Source of the DNA: Welwitschia mirabilis
Lineage: Eukaryota
Direction of reading: 5' to 3'
Length of the DNA: 38,088 nt
Assembly: GCA_051453625.1 (NCBI GenBank)
Contig: JBOZIK010000001.1
Location: 33,410,776 to 33,448,863 of the forward strand
Shown: piece after piece, positions 25,881 to 37,047 of the stretch
Layout of the letters: each line of letters opens with the position of its first letter
Position numbering within the stretch: position 1 is the stretch's first letter
Made by a program: the position numbers and the translations under genes
Notes under the pieces: model-generated
The model's input: the letters and a program-made list of their open reading frames with translations, nothing else
Databases searched by the model: none
What the model was told of the DNA's origin: nothing

Positions 25881-25998
25881 CTGGTCACAATCATAAAGAA
25901 GTATTACAATTTGATCTGTCAATTCAAAAGAACATACATTGATGAACTGGTTTAATATGAAGCGTAATACATACATCTAATGCTCTAATAATATTTAC

Positions 25999-27009
25999 CT
26001 CCCAAGTCTTGTCTCACAGCTGTAGCAGTTTCAGAAGCAACTGCTTCCCATACCATTTCTTCAACTGCTTTCGCTTTGTTCTCCTCCCCACAAGCTCTGA
26101 ACAGGTCCACCTTGGCTTGATATACCCTGCTTTGTGGGAGGTTCATCAGATTTCTAGTCCCTGGATCAGGACAGAGAGTAAGAAAGTCCTTGCAAATACT
26201 AACACCAGCTGTATCTCCCTCCAGTATTTCTGCACAGAGTCTAGATAAATTACGACCAAGAAGACCATAGCTTATGCAAGCTCGAGCAATACCAGCCGCC
26301 AACTTTGCACGGTGATTGCTGGCTTCTGAACAAAGATGTTGATAATCTATATTGCGATGAATTTCTTCCAAACTAACCCTGTTAGATTGTTTCCACAGCT
26401 GCAGCATTCTGTCCCTTGGAGCGGAATGAAGCCCCATAAGCCACATAATCACTTGCAGATTTTCAGACCTCTGCAATGTTGGAAAAAGTTTTGCATTCCA
26501 CAGGCACTTAGGATCTTGTGTGTGACCCCATATATCGCATTCCTGAATACCTAGTTCCTTAAAAATTTCCTCCCAAACCTTTCCACAGAATGTACCCCCA
26601 CTTTTTATAGTAGTTTTTGGATTGTCCTCTATACCACAACAGAGAATAACCCTTGATCCATCCCCTAACAAAGGAACTTCCCAGATACAGTGACGATCAG
26701 GGAGCAAAAGTAAAGGGCTAATTCCAGCATCCGCCATGTTCCTCGGCTCTAAATGGAGGCCTACTACAATACATCTAGAGCCTATCTGGACCCCACTGGA
26801 CAGTGTTGAATCAAAAATAAGTGTCTCATCCCCAACTGATACCCCAGTTGCAATCTCACTTGAGAGTATAACAGCCGATGTTGCTAGGTCACAGAATGTT
26901 GATGCTGGTATAGAACTTAAATGCCTTCGAGCAATTCGGCCTGCACTGCCTTCACCCAAATGATCCAATACCTCACTCGTAGTCCCAAAATGCAAAAACA
27001 ATAAATCCT
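25999..27009 (-). CDS. FKGP: FKGP (bifunctional L-fucokinase/GDP-L-fucose pyrophosphorylase), large internal exon (third from last)
   Basis: Open frame DLLFLHFGTTSEVLDHL...RRHLSSIPAST...LLLPDRHCIWEVPL...CGIEDNPK...KCLWNAKLFP...SRVYQAKVDL matches plant FKGP. Acceptor ttgcag|AG at 27010/27009, donor G|gtaaat at 25999/25998; 1011 nt, phase 1 to phase 1. Confidence 0.93.
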
Positions 27010-28342
27010 CTGCAACATAAGTTTAAGAAAGCATGAATTGAAAAGCTAAAATTATATGAAATGACAGATGGTCGCTAAACAGAATCGAATCATTGAATAA
27101 AAGTAGTTGTAACGTTAGAATACTTTCTTTAACAGCAGAATACTCAAAAAATTGGAAAAGGAACCATTCTTTAGTCCAAAACCAATTTCACTCCACAAAA
27201 CAGTTCGAAAGAGAGATGGAACACAATCTCGTTTGAGGTTAGTGGCTTGCATGAGGTTTAACAAGTCATGCAAACTTGGCCCCCAGCCATTTTGAGGTTA
27301 TTTTTCAAACTTATCATTTTGTCTAATTAAAAGACTTCCTCTCCAATTCAAAAATGAAACTCAAATTCTGAGCTGGTTTTTCAGAGATATTAGATAACAT
27401 TGTCTCATTCGCAAAGGTCCAACTTTTTCTAAAGTACATTCTAAAAAGAAAATAGTTTTAAGAAAATAAAAGCATTTGTCAAGTATCACAATCCTCCTGA
27501 TTTGCAATTTAAAAGAGGAAAAGCTCACTTAAACTCATTGTTATGGATAACTTTCCTACAGAAAGGCCATCTAAGCCTAATGTTTGTAATCATTCACATT
27601 TGGACATGTGTATAATTTCATTTACCTGTTGCCTCAGAGTCCCTTATCCTAGAGAAATCAACTTCACTTGTAGCCATTTTCTGTGTCTCTTTCGGTGTAC
27701 GTCAATCTGCTAATGCATATATTTCACAGCTCAATATAGATTTCATCATTGGGTATTTACCATTTTGGCCTTTGGATAAAGAGCCAACACATTAATTTCT
27801 CTTTAAAACATCATGGATTATCTTATTTCACAAATCCTATTACAATGTAAGAAGCTCTTCGAAGCCGTACTCAAAGGATTGAAAAGATTTCAAATGTCAA
27901 TGCTCATTTCATTTGTATTGAAGGGTTGTTATCATAACAAGAACCTTTGCCAACTTGAAAACTCATTGAACTAGCAAGACATAATTGATCTCAGTTTGCA
28001 GACAATGGCATTTGTCAGTTTCAAGAATAACAACTTTCTTAACTAGCAACCAAGAGAGGAGGCAAATAAAACTTCTATTATTTGCTAACTATTAGGTTTA
28101 CTCTTACAACCTGTGCATGTTTGGAGAAAAAGTTGAAAGTTGGTTCATACATTGCTAACAACAAGAGTGTTTAGCTCTCTGAAAATAGGAGTTGCACCCA
28201 ATTTCTTCCTTGGCACCCACATAGCTGTTTCTTACAAGGGTTTCAGAAAGCAAAGGGTTCCTGCCTTAAAGAACCTGCAACCCTTATGTGTAGAGGAACA
28301 GGGAAGGCCAGACATACCCTATGGAAACTAAAATGTGCCACT

Positions 28343-28706
28343 TGTTATGAAAATAAGCAAAGATAACAATGTTCAAGCCCTTTTTATGCTACTTCCTCGA
28401 ACCAGCACAGAGCTCTATTACATCAATTGCCAAACCCTCATTCACAAAGAACACAAGCCATTCCTTTAGCTCAACCCGCAAAGTGAGATTGCAAATGGTT
28501 CCAAGTTTCCAAACACAACCCCACCTTTGCAAGGAAACTCTATCCTCCTTTTATAGCCTTAGGTAGCTTTAGGGTTTGATACAAAGCCTTAAATTAACAT
28601 TGACCCTACATCTCCCTTCCCCCCCTTTGACTTTATTTTTAACTCTATCGCATAGAGTCACTTTTAACATAAAAGAGGAAATATAAGGTTTGGCTTCATA
28701 ATAACA
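28343..28706 (-). repeat. 3' LTR of copia D
   Basis: tgttatga...cataataaca; homologous to 34983-35353; PPT AAGTGGGAGAT adjoins at 28707-28717. Confidence 0.75.
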
Positions 28707-31556
28707 ATCTCCCACTTAAAGGCAAACCTCCTACCTTTCAAGAAGCATACAACAAAAAAGCAATCTAAAGAGTTACGTTAGTTATAGACAAGCTTCATGT
28801 CATAAAGTTGCAAGTCCAAACAATGAAGTGCAAAACCAATGCTTCCCCACAGGTAGAACCTTTGTCAAATACAACAACATTGTCCTTTCTACGAATCTTC
28901 TGAATCTGCACATAACCATTCTCAATCACTTCATGAACATGGTGGAACCTCAGGTCAATACGCTTTAGTCTTAGCATGATAAGCAGAATTTTTAACTAAG
29001 TAAAGAGCACTTTGACTATCACAAAACAAAGTGTAATTCTCTTATGTCTTCCCCAAAAAATCGACAAAATGTCTTGGCCACAACATTTCCTTATATGTTT
29101 TCATCAAAGCAATGTATTCAGATTCTGTTGTGAATAAAGTTGCCATTGATTGAAGCCATGATAAACAACTATCAGCAACTCCACCAAGAGTCAAAACATA
29201 ACCTATGGTGGAACCTCCAATGTCCACATTAGCAACAAATCTACATCAACATCTCCTACTACTTGGAGGCTTCCTCCTTCAAACTGCAACCTATGAGATT
29301 GATCATCTTTTAAGTACTTCAAGATTTTCACTTAAGTGCTAGCTAATGAGTCCAGCTAGGATTACTCATAAACATATTAGCCACTCCCACTACATGGGCA
29401 ACGTCTAGTTGTGTGCACAGCATGGCATACATCAATTTTCCAACTATTCATTTCTATGGGATTGATTCGATTCACCTGTTGTCCTCTAAAGATTGAGGGT
29501 AATCCTTCTTGCTCAATCTAAAGTGAGATGCCAATGGAATACTCAAGAAATGGGCAATTGCCAAACCGAAACACTCCAAAACCTTAGACATATAATCCTC
29601 CTAGTTGAGCCACAGGAGTTTAATAGTTCTGTCCCTGATTATCTTCATCTCAGGAATTTACTTGGTTAGCCCCAAATCCTTCATTTCAAGATGCTTATCC
29701 ATTTCATGCTTCAGGAGTTTAATTTCACCCTTCTCATTTCTTGCTAAATCATCAACATACAATATGAACATGGTAAACTTACCTCCCACTTGCTCGGAGA
29801 AATAAACATAGTGCTCTAGTTTGCATTTGCTGTACTATTGCATTTTCATAAATTACTCAAACTTCTTATACCACTGTGTAGGGGCTTGGTTAAGACCATA
29901 CAGAGTTTCTGTTAACCAGCATATGAAATTAGGATGCTTGAGATAAACAAAACCTTCTAGTTGAATATAGGTTTTTTCCTTCAAGATTCCCAAGCAAGAA
30001 GGTAGTTTTAATGTCAAGCTACTCTAGTTCCAGATCTAAACAAGTAGTCAAAGACAAAGCAATTTTGATGGAAAGATTGCTTAGCAATTAGAGAAAGGAT
30101 CTCAGTCAAATCTATACTTGGTTTTTGTTTAAAACCCTTTACCAAAAGTCTTGCCTTGTACTTGGCAAGACCATGCAAATCTTCGTTAGTCAAAAGAGCC
30201 ATCTATTGTGTAGTTTTTTCTTAACCTTTGGCAGCTCCACTAGTCCCCATGTGTGATTAGCCATAACTAATTCCCACTTATCATGCGTTGTAGCCTCCCA
30301 TTGCTTCCAATCATTGCATGAACTTGCTTTAGCAAAACATAATTTAAACAAGGAGAATATCTATCGAGTTGCTTTGTGACCCAAGCAAACCTCCTCAACC
30401 GTTGTCAAGAAGCCTCTTCTTTTTCATTTTGAGCTTTTTGCTCTTCCTGTTCTACATCCATGTTATCTTCTTGTTTGACTTAAGGAATGTCTTCATTGCT
30501 AGATGTATCTTCCTATTGCTCATTTTTCATTATCATTGTCATGAGTAAACACGTGGGTAGACTCATTTTGAGGAAGCCAAAACCAGGTGTTTTGTCATCT
30601 TGATTCTCAACCAACGTTGGATGAATACGAGATTTAGATTAAAGTACCTTAGTCTTCTTTGTCTAATGTGCCTCAAATGTCTATGCCACAAGTTGGAATT
30701 TTTTGTAACAGTAGCCACCTCTCACTATTTCATACTAGCAGCACATGAAGAATATACATGGAAACCTCTTTAGCTCCTTTCAAAACTGTCATAACACCCG
30801 TGTTGATTTTCCATGTACCATCAACAAGGAAAGCTTGTAGTCCAACTGATCAAATTGCCCAATCGATAATAAACTCTTAGTGATTTCTGGAACATGCTTG
30901 ACATTCTCAACTATTATTTGTCATCCATATTCTTGTTTCAATACAATAATTCTGACACCTTGAATTTGGAACTTCATACTTTTTGCAAAACGAACAACTG
31001 CAAATGAACATACCTCATAGGAACTAAAACATTTATGGTTTGGGCAAATACAAAAAGAAGCACTACTATCTAGTATCTGAGCCTTTTCCAAATCTTGGGC
31101 TACATTGGCCACTAAACCTAGGCAAATAAACATCAAACCAACGTCTCCAATTATTTGGCTTGAGCTGCTAGCTTTTTGTAGCTTCTCCCATGCTGTGTCT
31201 GTTGCAGCAAATATTTTCAATGATGAAGTTTCTAACTTATGAAAGCAAGATTTCTCTAGATTGGGACGTCCGCCCTGTCTAATTGGGACATCCAACTTTC
31301 CATGCAGTTTTTTGTATTGGGACGTCTGTCCTGAGTAATCGAGACATCCAGAGCTGTACTCGGTTTTATAGGCAGGGACGTCCGACCCTATATACGGACT
31401 TTTATACAGGGACGTCCGACCTGATAAACTGGGACATCCAACCCTGTTCTCAGTTGCCCAGAAGCGAAGATTAAAAACAGGGACGTCCGACCTTTGTCGA
31501 TGGGACGTCCAGGAAATATTTGTTGACACGAAATTATAGTCGTTTAAAGACGTTGA

Positions 31557-31656
31557 NNNNNNNNNNNNNNNNNNNNNNNNNNNNNNNNNNNNNNNNNNNN
31601 NNNNNNNNNNNNNNNNNNNNNNNNNNNNNNNNNNNNNNNNNNNNNNNNNNNNNNNN
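31557..31656. other. Assembly gap (100 N, probably unsized)
   Basis: N run of exactly 100. Confidence 1.
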
Positions 31657-32736
31657 CATATCTAATCCAAACATTTTGAACCTGATTAATTAGCACTTCT
31701 CTTCAACACTAAAGTTAGGATGATCCATAATAGCTTGTGTTTAGGTGGTTAGGCTCCTATCCTATTGTGAAAATTCAACCTAATGGGCCCATGTAAATAG
31801 ACAATATTTAAAGCTTTATTTCAAAAGTGACCTTCTAAGGCAAGACTCAAACCTAGTGGAAGAACTACTTTCAATAGGCCCTTTGCAAGAAAGGGAGCAC
31901 GTCATAATCACCTAAATATCTAAAACTACTGATATTAAGTACGTAAATGAGGATTGTTTCTCCAAATCTTTTTAAGGGAAATCAACTTTCATTTTTACCT
32001 TTCATGTTATAGATAATTTTCTAAGGTATAAGATACTTAAATTCAATCCACTAACTTCATAGATCTAATTTGATCTCATGCAATATCCACATTGAGTTAA
32101 ATTCATCAAAATAAGTGTTCATATGGGGAGTGTGGAGGGAATGAAGCAAAATCATCTAGGAGATACCCCCTTAAAGGTATGCTAAGCTCGCTTATGGTTA
32201 TAGCCTTTGAAGCACCAAACAAGGTGTGTCTAGGGTAGCACCTATGTCATGGGAATGCCATGCTGATGCGAGTAGATGCTTAACAAATAGGTTCCCAACC
32301 CACATTACCTACAGATTCTGTGATGTAGTTAGACTCAGTTTCAGAGGAATTCTAGCATAGGTTGTTGAGTCACGAGGGGTATAACAACTCTCTAACCTCA
32401 TCATGTCTGGGAAACATGCCTATGTAATAGACAATAGGCGTAAATTATTGCCATAAAAATGATTAGCTAGCCTTCAAACATTTTAATTTAAATCAATGGT
32501 TATATGAAACTTCATGAAATTAACAACGTGGTGATCTTAGCTTGGCATTTAACTTTGAAAATTGTCTTAACAAAGTGAAATGCTTTATTACAATTTGGTT
32601 TCCCTTACATCACTTCTTAGAAGGGCACCTTCTATCCCTTCTCTTTATTTCTATATCAAAAATTAGGTGCACTTTATACAGAATTTCTAAATAATTCTTT
32701 CCCTAGGTTAGTGTATTGTCTCAAGTTGGAAGCTTT

Positions 32737-33747
32737 TGTTGAAACAAATATTTTCAATGATGAAATTTCTAGCTAAAGAAAACAAGATCTCTCCAGATTG
32801 GGACGTCCACCCACTCTAATTGGGACGTCCGACTTACCATGCGGTTTTCTATATAGGGATGTTCGCCCTGAGTAATCGGAATGTCCGGTGCCGTACTCGG
32901 GTTTATATACAGGGACGTCCGACCTGTTAAATTGGGACGCCCGACCCTGTTTGCAGATGTAATCTACTGGGACGTCCGACCTGTTAAATTGGGACGGCCA
33001 ACCCTGTATATGGATTTTTATACAGGGACGTCCAACATGCTAAATCGAGACGTCCGACCCTGTTCTCAGTTGCACAAAAACGAAGATTAAAAAACAGGGA
33101 CGTCCGACCTTTATTGATGGGACGTCCGAGGAGATATACGTTAACACGAAAATATAGCCGTTTAAAAATTTTAACTGCGGTTTCCAACCTCCAACGGCTC
33201 TTGTATGTCTTGGATCTATATATAACTTTCATATAGTGGATTGAAATACAACAGCTTACTTTGAGGAAATATCACTTGAAGGAATTTGAGTCAATATACA
33301 GAGATCTGGACTGAACTTGTGCAATCATTCATCATCATCAAGGATTGATCTGAAGCTCTTAATGCTGATGCCCCCGTGCAATCTAGGCACCTTGCTCCAT
33401 CAAAAATCTCTCTCTCTCTCTCTCTATTCTTTGATTGTTGTAAGAGGCTCAAGGATTTAAGCAAAGGGGTGGAGGCCCTACAAACTCCTTGTGAAGGAGG
33501 CTTTGTAAAGATCTTGGATTAAAAGAACCAGGAGGCTGATAGCTTTTGCTCCCCCCTGAGAGTGGAGCAGGCTTCGCCGAACCACTATAAAATCTGGTGC
33601 TCTTGTTCTTCTGTTCTTTCATTTTAGTTGTTTATTCGTTTATTATTCAATATTTATGATACCAGACTTATATTTCTGCAAAAATTAATTAAAATATCGT
33701 TATTACCCTATTCAGTCCCCCTCTAGGGTGCCTGTACAATCCTAACA
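32737..33747 (+). repeat. 3' LTR of element E (1011 bp)
   Basis: tgttgaaacaaatattttcaatgatg start matches 31200; contains the GGGACGTCC array, (CT)n at ~33407-33425 and gtggagcagg...ccgaaccactataaa. Confidence 0.85.
32800..33128 (+). repeat. Array of 12 GGGACGTCC(G)-like motifs, ~56-bp two-motif unit
   Basis: Motif starts at 32800, 32822, 32856, 32878, 32912, 32934, 32969, 32991, 33025, 33047, 33097 and 33119; 9 copies at 31263-31511. Confidence 0.9.
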
Positions 33748-34325
33748 GTGTCCTTCTCCTTTTGTCTCTTAAAAGCATAATAGTCCTTTTTCACATGGCC
33801 TTTTTCCTTACAGAATCAACACTCCATGTTGTTGCGTTAAGAAGCTTCTTTGCTTCCTCTTTGTTCACATCCTTTGCTTTTGTCACAAGAATGCCGCCTT
33901 TCTGATGGCAAGAGATTTGTCACTAGAGTCCATTGACTAAGTCTTTTCTACACTTAGCAGCTTCAAAATAACTATGTTAAGTAATGGTAGAGTTTTAAAA
34001 GCAGTTGTCAAGGTGGGACAAACATCTCCTATGAATTTGACAATAAGCAAGGAAAAACCACTACCTTGAGATCTTTTCCAAATGTTATGTCGTGCTCATT
34101 AATTTGAGCAAGAATACTATTTATCTAGGTGACTCTGCAAAGAGGTCGCTTCCTTCATCTTGATTTTGTAAACCTTATTAACAATGTGAAATTTATTCAT
34201 TCCAGTGGTCTGATCATACCTTTTGTTCAAGGTTTCCCAAACGACACAAGTCTCTGCAATTCCTCTATACACGTTTAGTATCTAATTTTGAAGACAAGAA
34301 CAAATCAGTCCAAGTGCTTTCTTAT

Positions 34326-34648
34326 TGTTAATGCAAATTCCCTTTCCTAGGAGTAGAGGGAACAATAGATGAGGAACTTAGCCAAGGAGGGAAACTTATC
34401 TAACTAAAGAGCTGACATGACAAAGGGTAGAGGAAGGACGGCTATATGACCCTCTTCCATATAGTAGGAGTGAAAGACAGGTAGGCATCGAGGTTGAACC
34501 CCTTCGCCATGCACTGGGCATCCAAGATAGCTCGAGCAGGTTGTAAGGATGGGATACATGTATGAGATGGAAAGGAATGGACGACAAAAGGAGGCAACTT
34601 CAAAGGAGATGTTCCCCATGGTTATGGAGGATAGGCTAGGTACCAACA
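34326..34648. mobile_element. 323-bp solo-LTR-like insertion in the gag of copia D
   Basis: TGTTAATGC...GTACCAACA termini; TSD CTTAT/CCTAT (1 mismatch). Removing it restores gag EWNKLNR-KALGLI. Confidence 0.78.
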
Positions 34649-34969
34649 CCTATTAAGCTTGTTCCATTCCATGTCTAGATAATTCTTTAGCCAATAATCA
34701 TCTGAAAACTCGAAAATCACCTTTGCTTCATCCTTGATTGCAAAATAATGTTGCAATCTTTCAAGTAGAAAAGATCTTTCATTAGGGTTTCCCATCTGTA
34801 CTAGATCTCTACTCTAACTGGCCTGTTTGTCATCTACAAGCATTCCCTCTCTACTCATGACATGTATCAATGAAAAATTCCCTCTCTACTCATGACATGT
34901 ATGAAAGAAAAAAGTTAACTTGTATAGATGAATCAAATAACAAGATCACTAACAAATGCTAACTTGGCC

Positions 34970-34981
34970 CCTCTAATACCA
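34970..34981 (-). promoter_or_regulatory. PBS (tRNA-iMet type) of copia D
   Basis: Minus strand TGGTATTAGAGG vs consensus TGGTATCAGAGC; lies between the LTR and gag. Confidence 0.75.
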
Positions 34982-34982
34982 C

Positions 34983-35353
34983 TAGCATGAAACATACGAA
35001 GAATGCAGAAAACAAAACGAGTAAGCACACAATTAATTTAGCAAAGTTTGGACTGTTTTCCCCCTACTTCCTTAACCCAACATAAAGTTCCGTTAGATCA
35101 ACTATAAAACTAGCAACCGTAAGGAACACAAGCAATTTCTTTAGCTTAAGCCACAACCTACAAGTGAGAATGCAAATAACTCCAACCGCGTCACATTCTT
35201 AAAGGTGACCCTACCCTCTTTTTATAGCATTAGGGTTTACTATAAAGCCCTAAATTAATATTGTCCTTTTTTCTTTTTTAAACTTGACAACATAAAGTCA
35301 TCTTTAACATAAAAGGGGAAATATAAGGTTTGGGGTTTGGCTCATAATAAGCA
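34983..35353 (-). repeat. 5' LTR of copia D
   Basis: Shares ctacttcct, gaacacaagc, ttttatagc.ttagg and tttaacataaaag.ggaaatataaggtttgg with 28343-28706; abuts the PBS. Confidence 0.72.
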
Positions 35354-35527
35354 ACACACAAAACCCTCTTTGTGGGATGTTGGGATCAAACATTCCTCCA
35401 TTTTGATGTCCACCTTCCTTGGGATTTGTTTAAACAAAAAGTGTATCTTCTCTAAAAATCACATCGCTAGACTTAACTACCTATCTACAAGCATGGTCCC
35501 AAAGTCTGTAATCTTTGTCATCATCAC

Positions 35528-35683
35528 CATAGCTTACAAAGATACATTTGCATGACTTATCACCCATTGTGCACTTCAACATAGCCCACAAAGACACATT
35601 TACATGACCTTTCACTCATTTTCAACTTTAGCATAGTCCACAAAGCTACCTCTATGTGACCTTCTGTCCATTTTGCATTATTA
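35528..35683. repeat. Degenerate 52-bp tandem repeat, 3 units
   Basis: catagc..acaaag..aca.tt..atgac units start at 35528, 35580 and 35632. Confidence 0.75.
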
Positions 35684-37047
35684 TGATCGCTACAAATGAA
35701 CACATGCCTTATAGCTAAACACTTTTAAATCTTGATATGAAATAGAGTTTCTCCTCCATAGAACTTTAAGAATTTGGCCACCCAATGTAGTAGAAACATT
35801 GCATTTAGCCTCATCCCAAAATATGTTGGGAAGGTTTGCACCAGCAATCATGCATATAGCAGACTCAAAAATCTTCTATGATGAACAATTCCCTTCTACA
35901 CACAAAAATCAACAAATCCACAAGAAGTATAAGCATACCACCCCCAGCCTAAAAAAAGGTCTAACCATGCTGCGAATTGTTTAAAAACATTTAACAACAA
36001 ATCCTTAGATTACAGGAGACAAAACCAAGCCTTATGACTATAATCATCCAATGCACAAGGGACACAACACCCGCCCCTACTTATTAGTTAATAGCTTTTT
36101 CACCTTCAAACATTTTTGTGTTTCTACCATTGCTACAGCTGTTCAAAAACATTAAACACCACATCCTTAGATTTCAAAAGACAAACCCAAGCCTAGTGAT
36201 TGAAAATCGTCAAATCTGTGATTGGTTGACTTAGGTTCCAAAATTAGAAATAGGCAATAAATCAGTCCAAACCATAGAACAATGGCCAAATAATCAACAA
36301 AACCATATTAAAAATTAGAAAAACAAGGAAATGAGTTTTTTTGGTGAACAAATTCACCAAGACATAATTCTACACATACCACAACATCTAAGAAAAATAT
36401 AACATTGGGAATATAATGTCTAGAAAATATGATAGCAGTGGACAACAACCAAAAATGCATACTTCTACCTATTGGCTTTAATATCTTAGCAATCATTATA
36501 CAAGAATCTCAAACAATGAATTATATAAAGCTTCAACACAATTACTCCACTAAATTATATCAATGGTTTGCAATATTTATTGGCCAAAAGGAATCTCATC
36601 CCATAGCCAGCTAAAAACATATCAAGAAAAATGTTGAAATAGAGTCTAAAATTGGAAATTCCAAAATAGATGGTTTATAAACTGTCATTGGTAATCTTTA
36701 AATACCAAGGATATTAGTTTTAGAAATATGAATTTTCCACTAAGAAAAAATTTTAAAAATAGACATTTGCATTTATATGTTAACAGTTGAAGAATGAATG
36801 CAGTCTATAAATTTTTCAAGATTCTTGTAGTTTGCTTAACTACTAATCACAAATATTTCAAACACTACCAAAGCCTTACAACTATAATCATTAATAAATG
36901 ACACATGGTATCACGCCCCAGCAATAGATGTAGGATAAATAGGACCAACAACATCTAAATAAATCAAGCTTAATCCAGTATTACATCAAAGACATTCATC
37001 GTGTTAATGTCTGAAATTAATTTTGCATGACTTTCCTTCTTTACCAT

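Larger units (their letters stand above)
31200..33747 (+). mobile_element. Copia-type LTR element E nested in copia D (interior mostly lost in a 100-N gap)
   Basis: Starts TGTTG and ends CTAACA, with a perfect 5-bp TSD GTGTC (31195-31199 and 33748-33752). 31200-31556 is homologous to 32737-33170. The LTR ends with SIRE-like cctattcagtccccctctagg. Confidence 0.88.
28343..35353 (-). mobile_element. Old Ty1/copia LTR retrotransposon D in the FKGP intron (gag-PR-RT-RH, integrase core missing)
   Basis: PBS-Met, gag EWNKLNRKALGLI, knuckle EC*FCKEKGHVKKD (~33825-33783), protease QILDSSASFCIC, LWHRHLRHI, RT KARLLVKGFKQ and ILYVDDL (~29765-29745), RNase H TTESEYIA and KRIDLRFH; PPT and two diverged LTRs. 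Confidence 0.9.

Noticed and set aside
25304..26963. Plus-strand ORFs and the alternate-frame ORF 25641-25976 overlapping FKGP
   Set aside because: Shadow frames of real coding exons; no independent motifs.
24115..27001. Three adjacent minus-strand ORFs read as a prokaryotic operon
   Set aside because: They are exons of one gene joined by GT-AG introns in matching phase.
30921..31529. 202-aa ORF as a novel protein
   Set aside because: Chance fusion of the antisense LTR repeat of element E with the copia D protease region, across the insertion junction at 31200.
31263..33128. CRISPR-like regularly spaced palindromic repeats
   Set aside because: The repeats are only ~9-10 bp, the 'spacers' are homologous to each other, the array lies inside TSD-flanked LTRs, there are no cas genes, and the context is eukaryotic.
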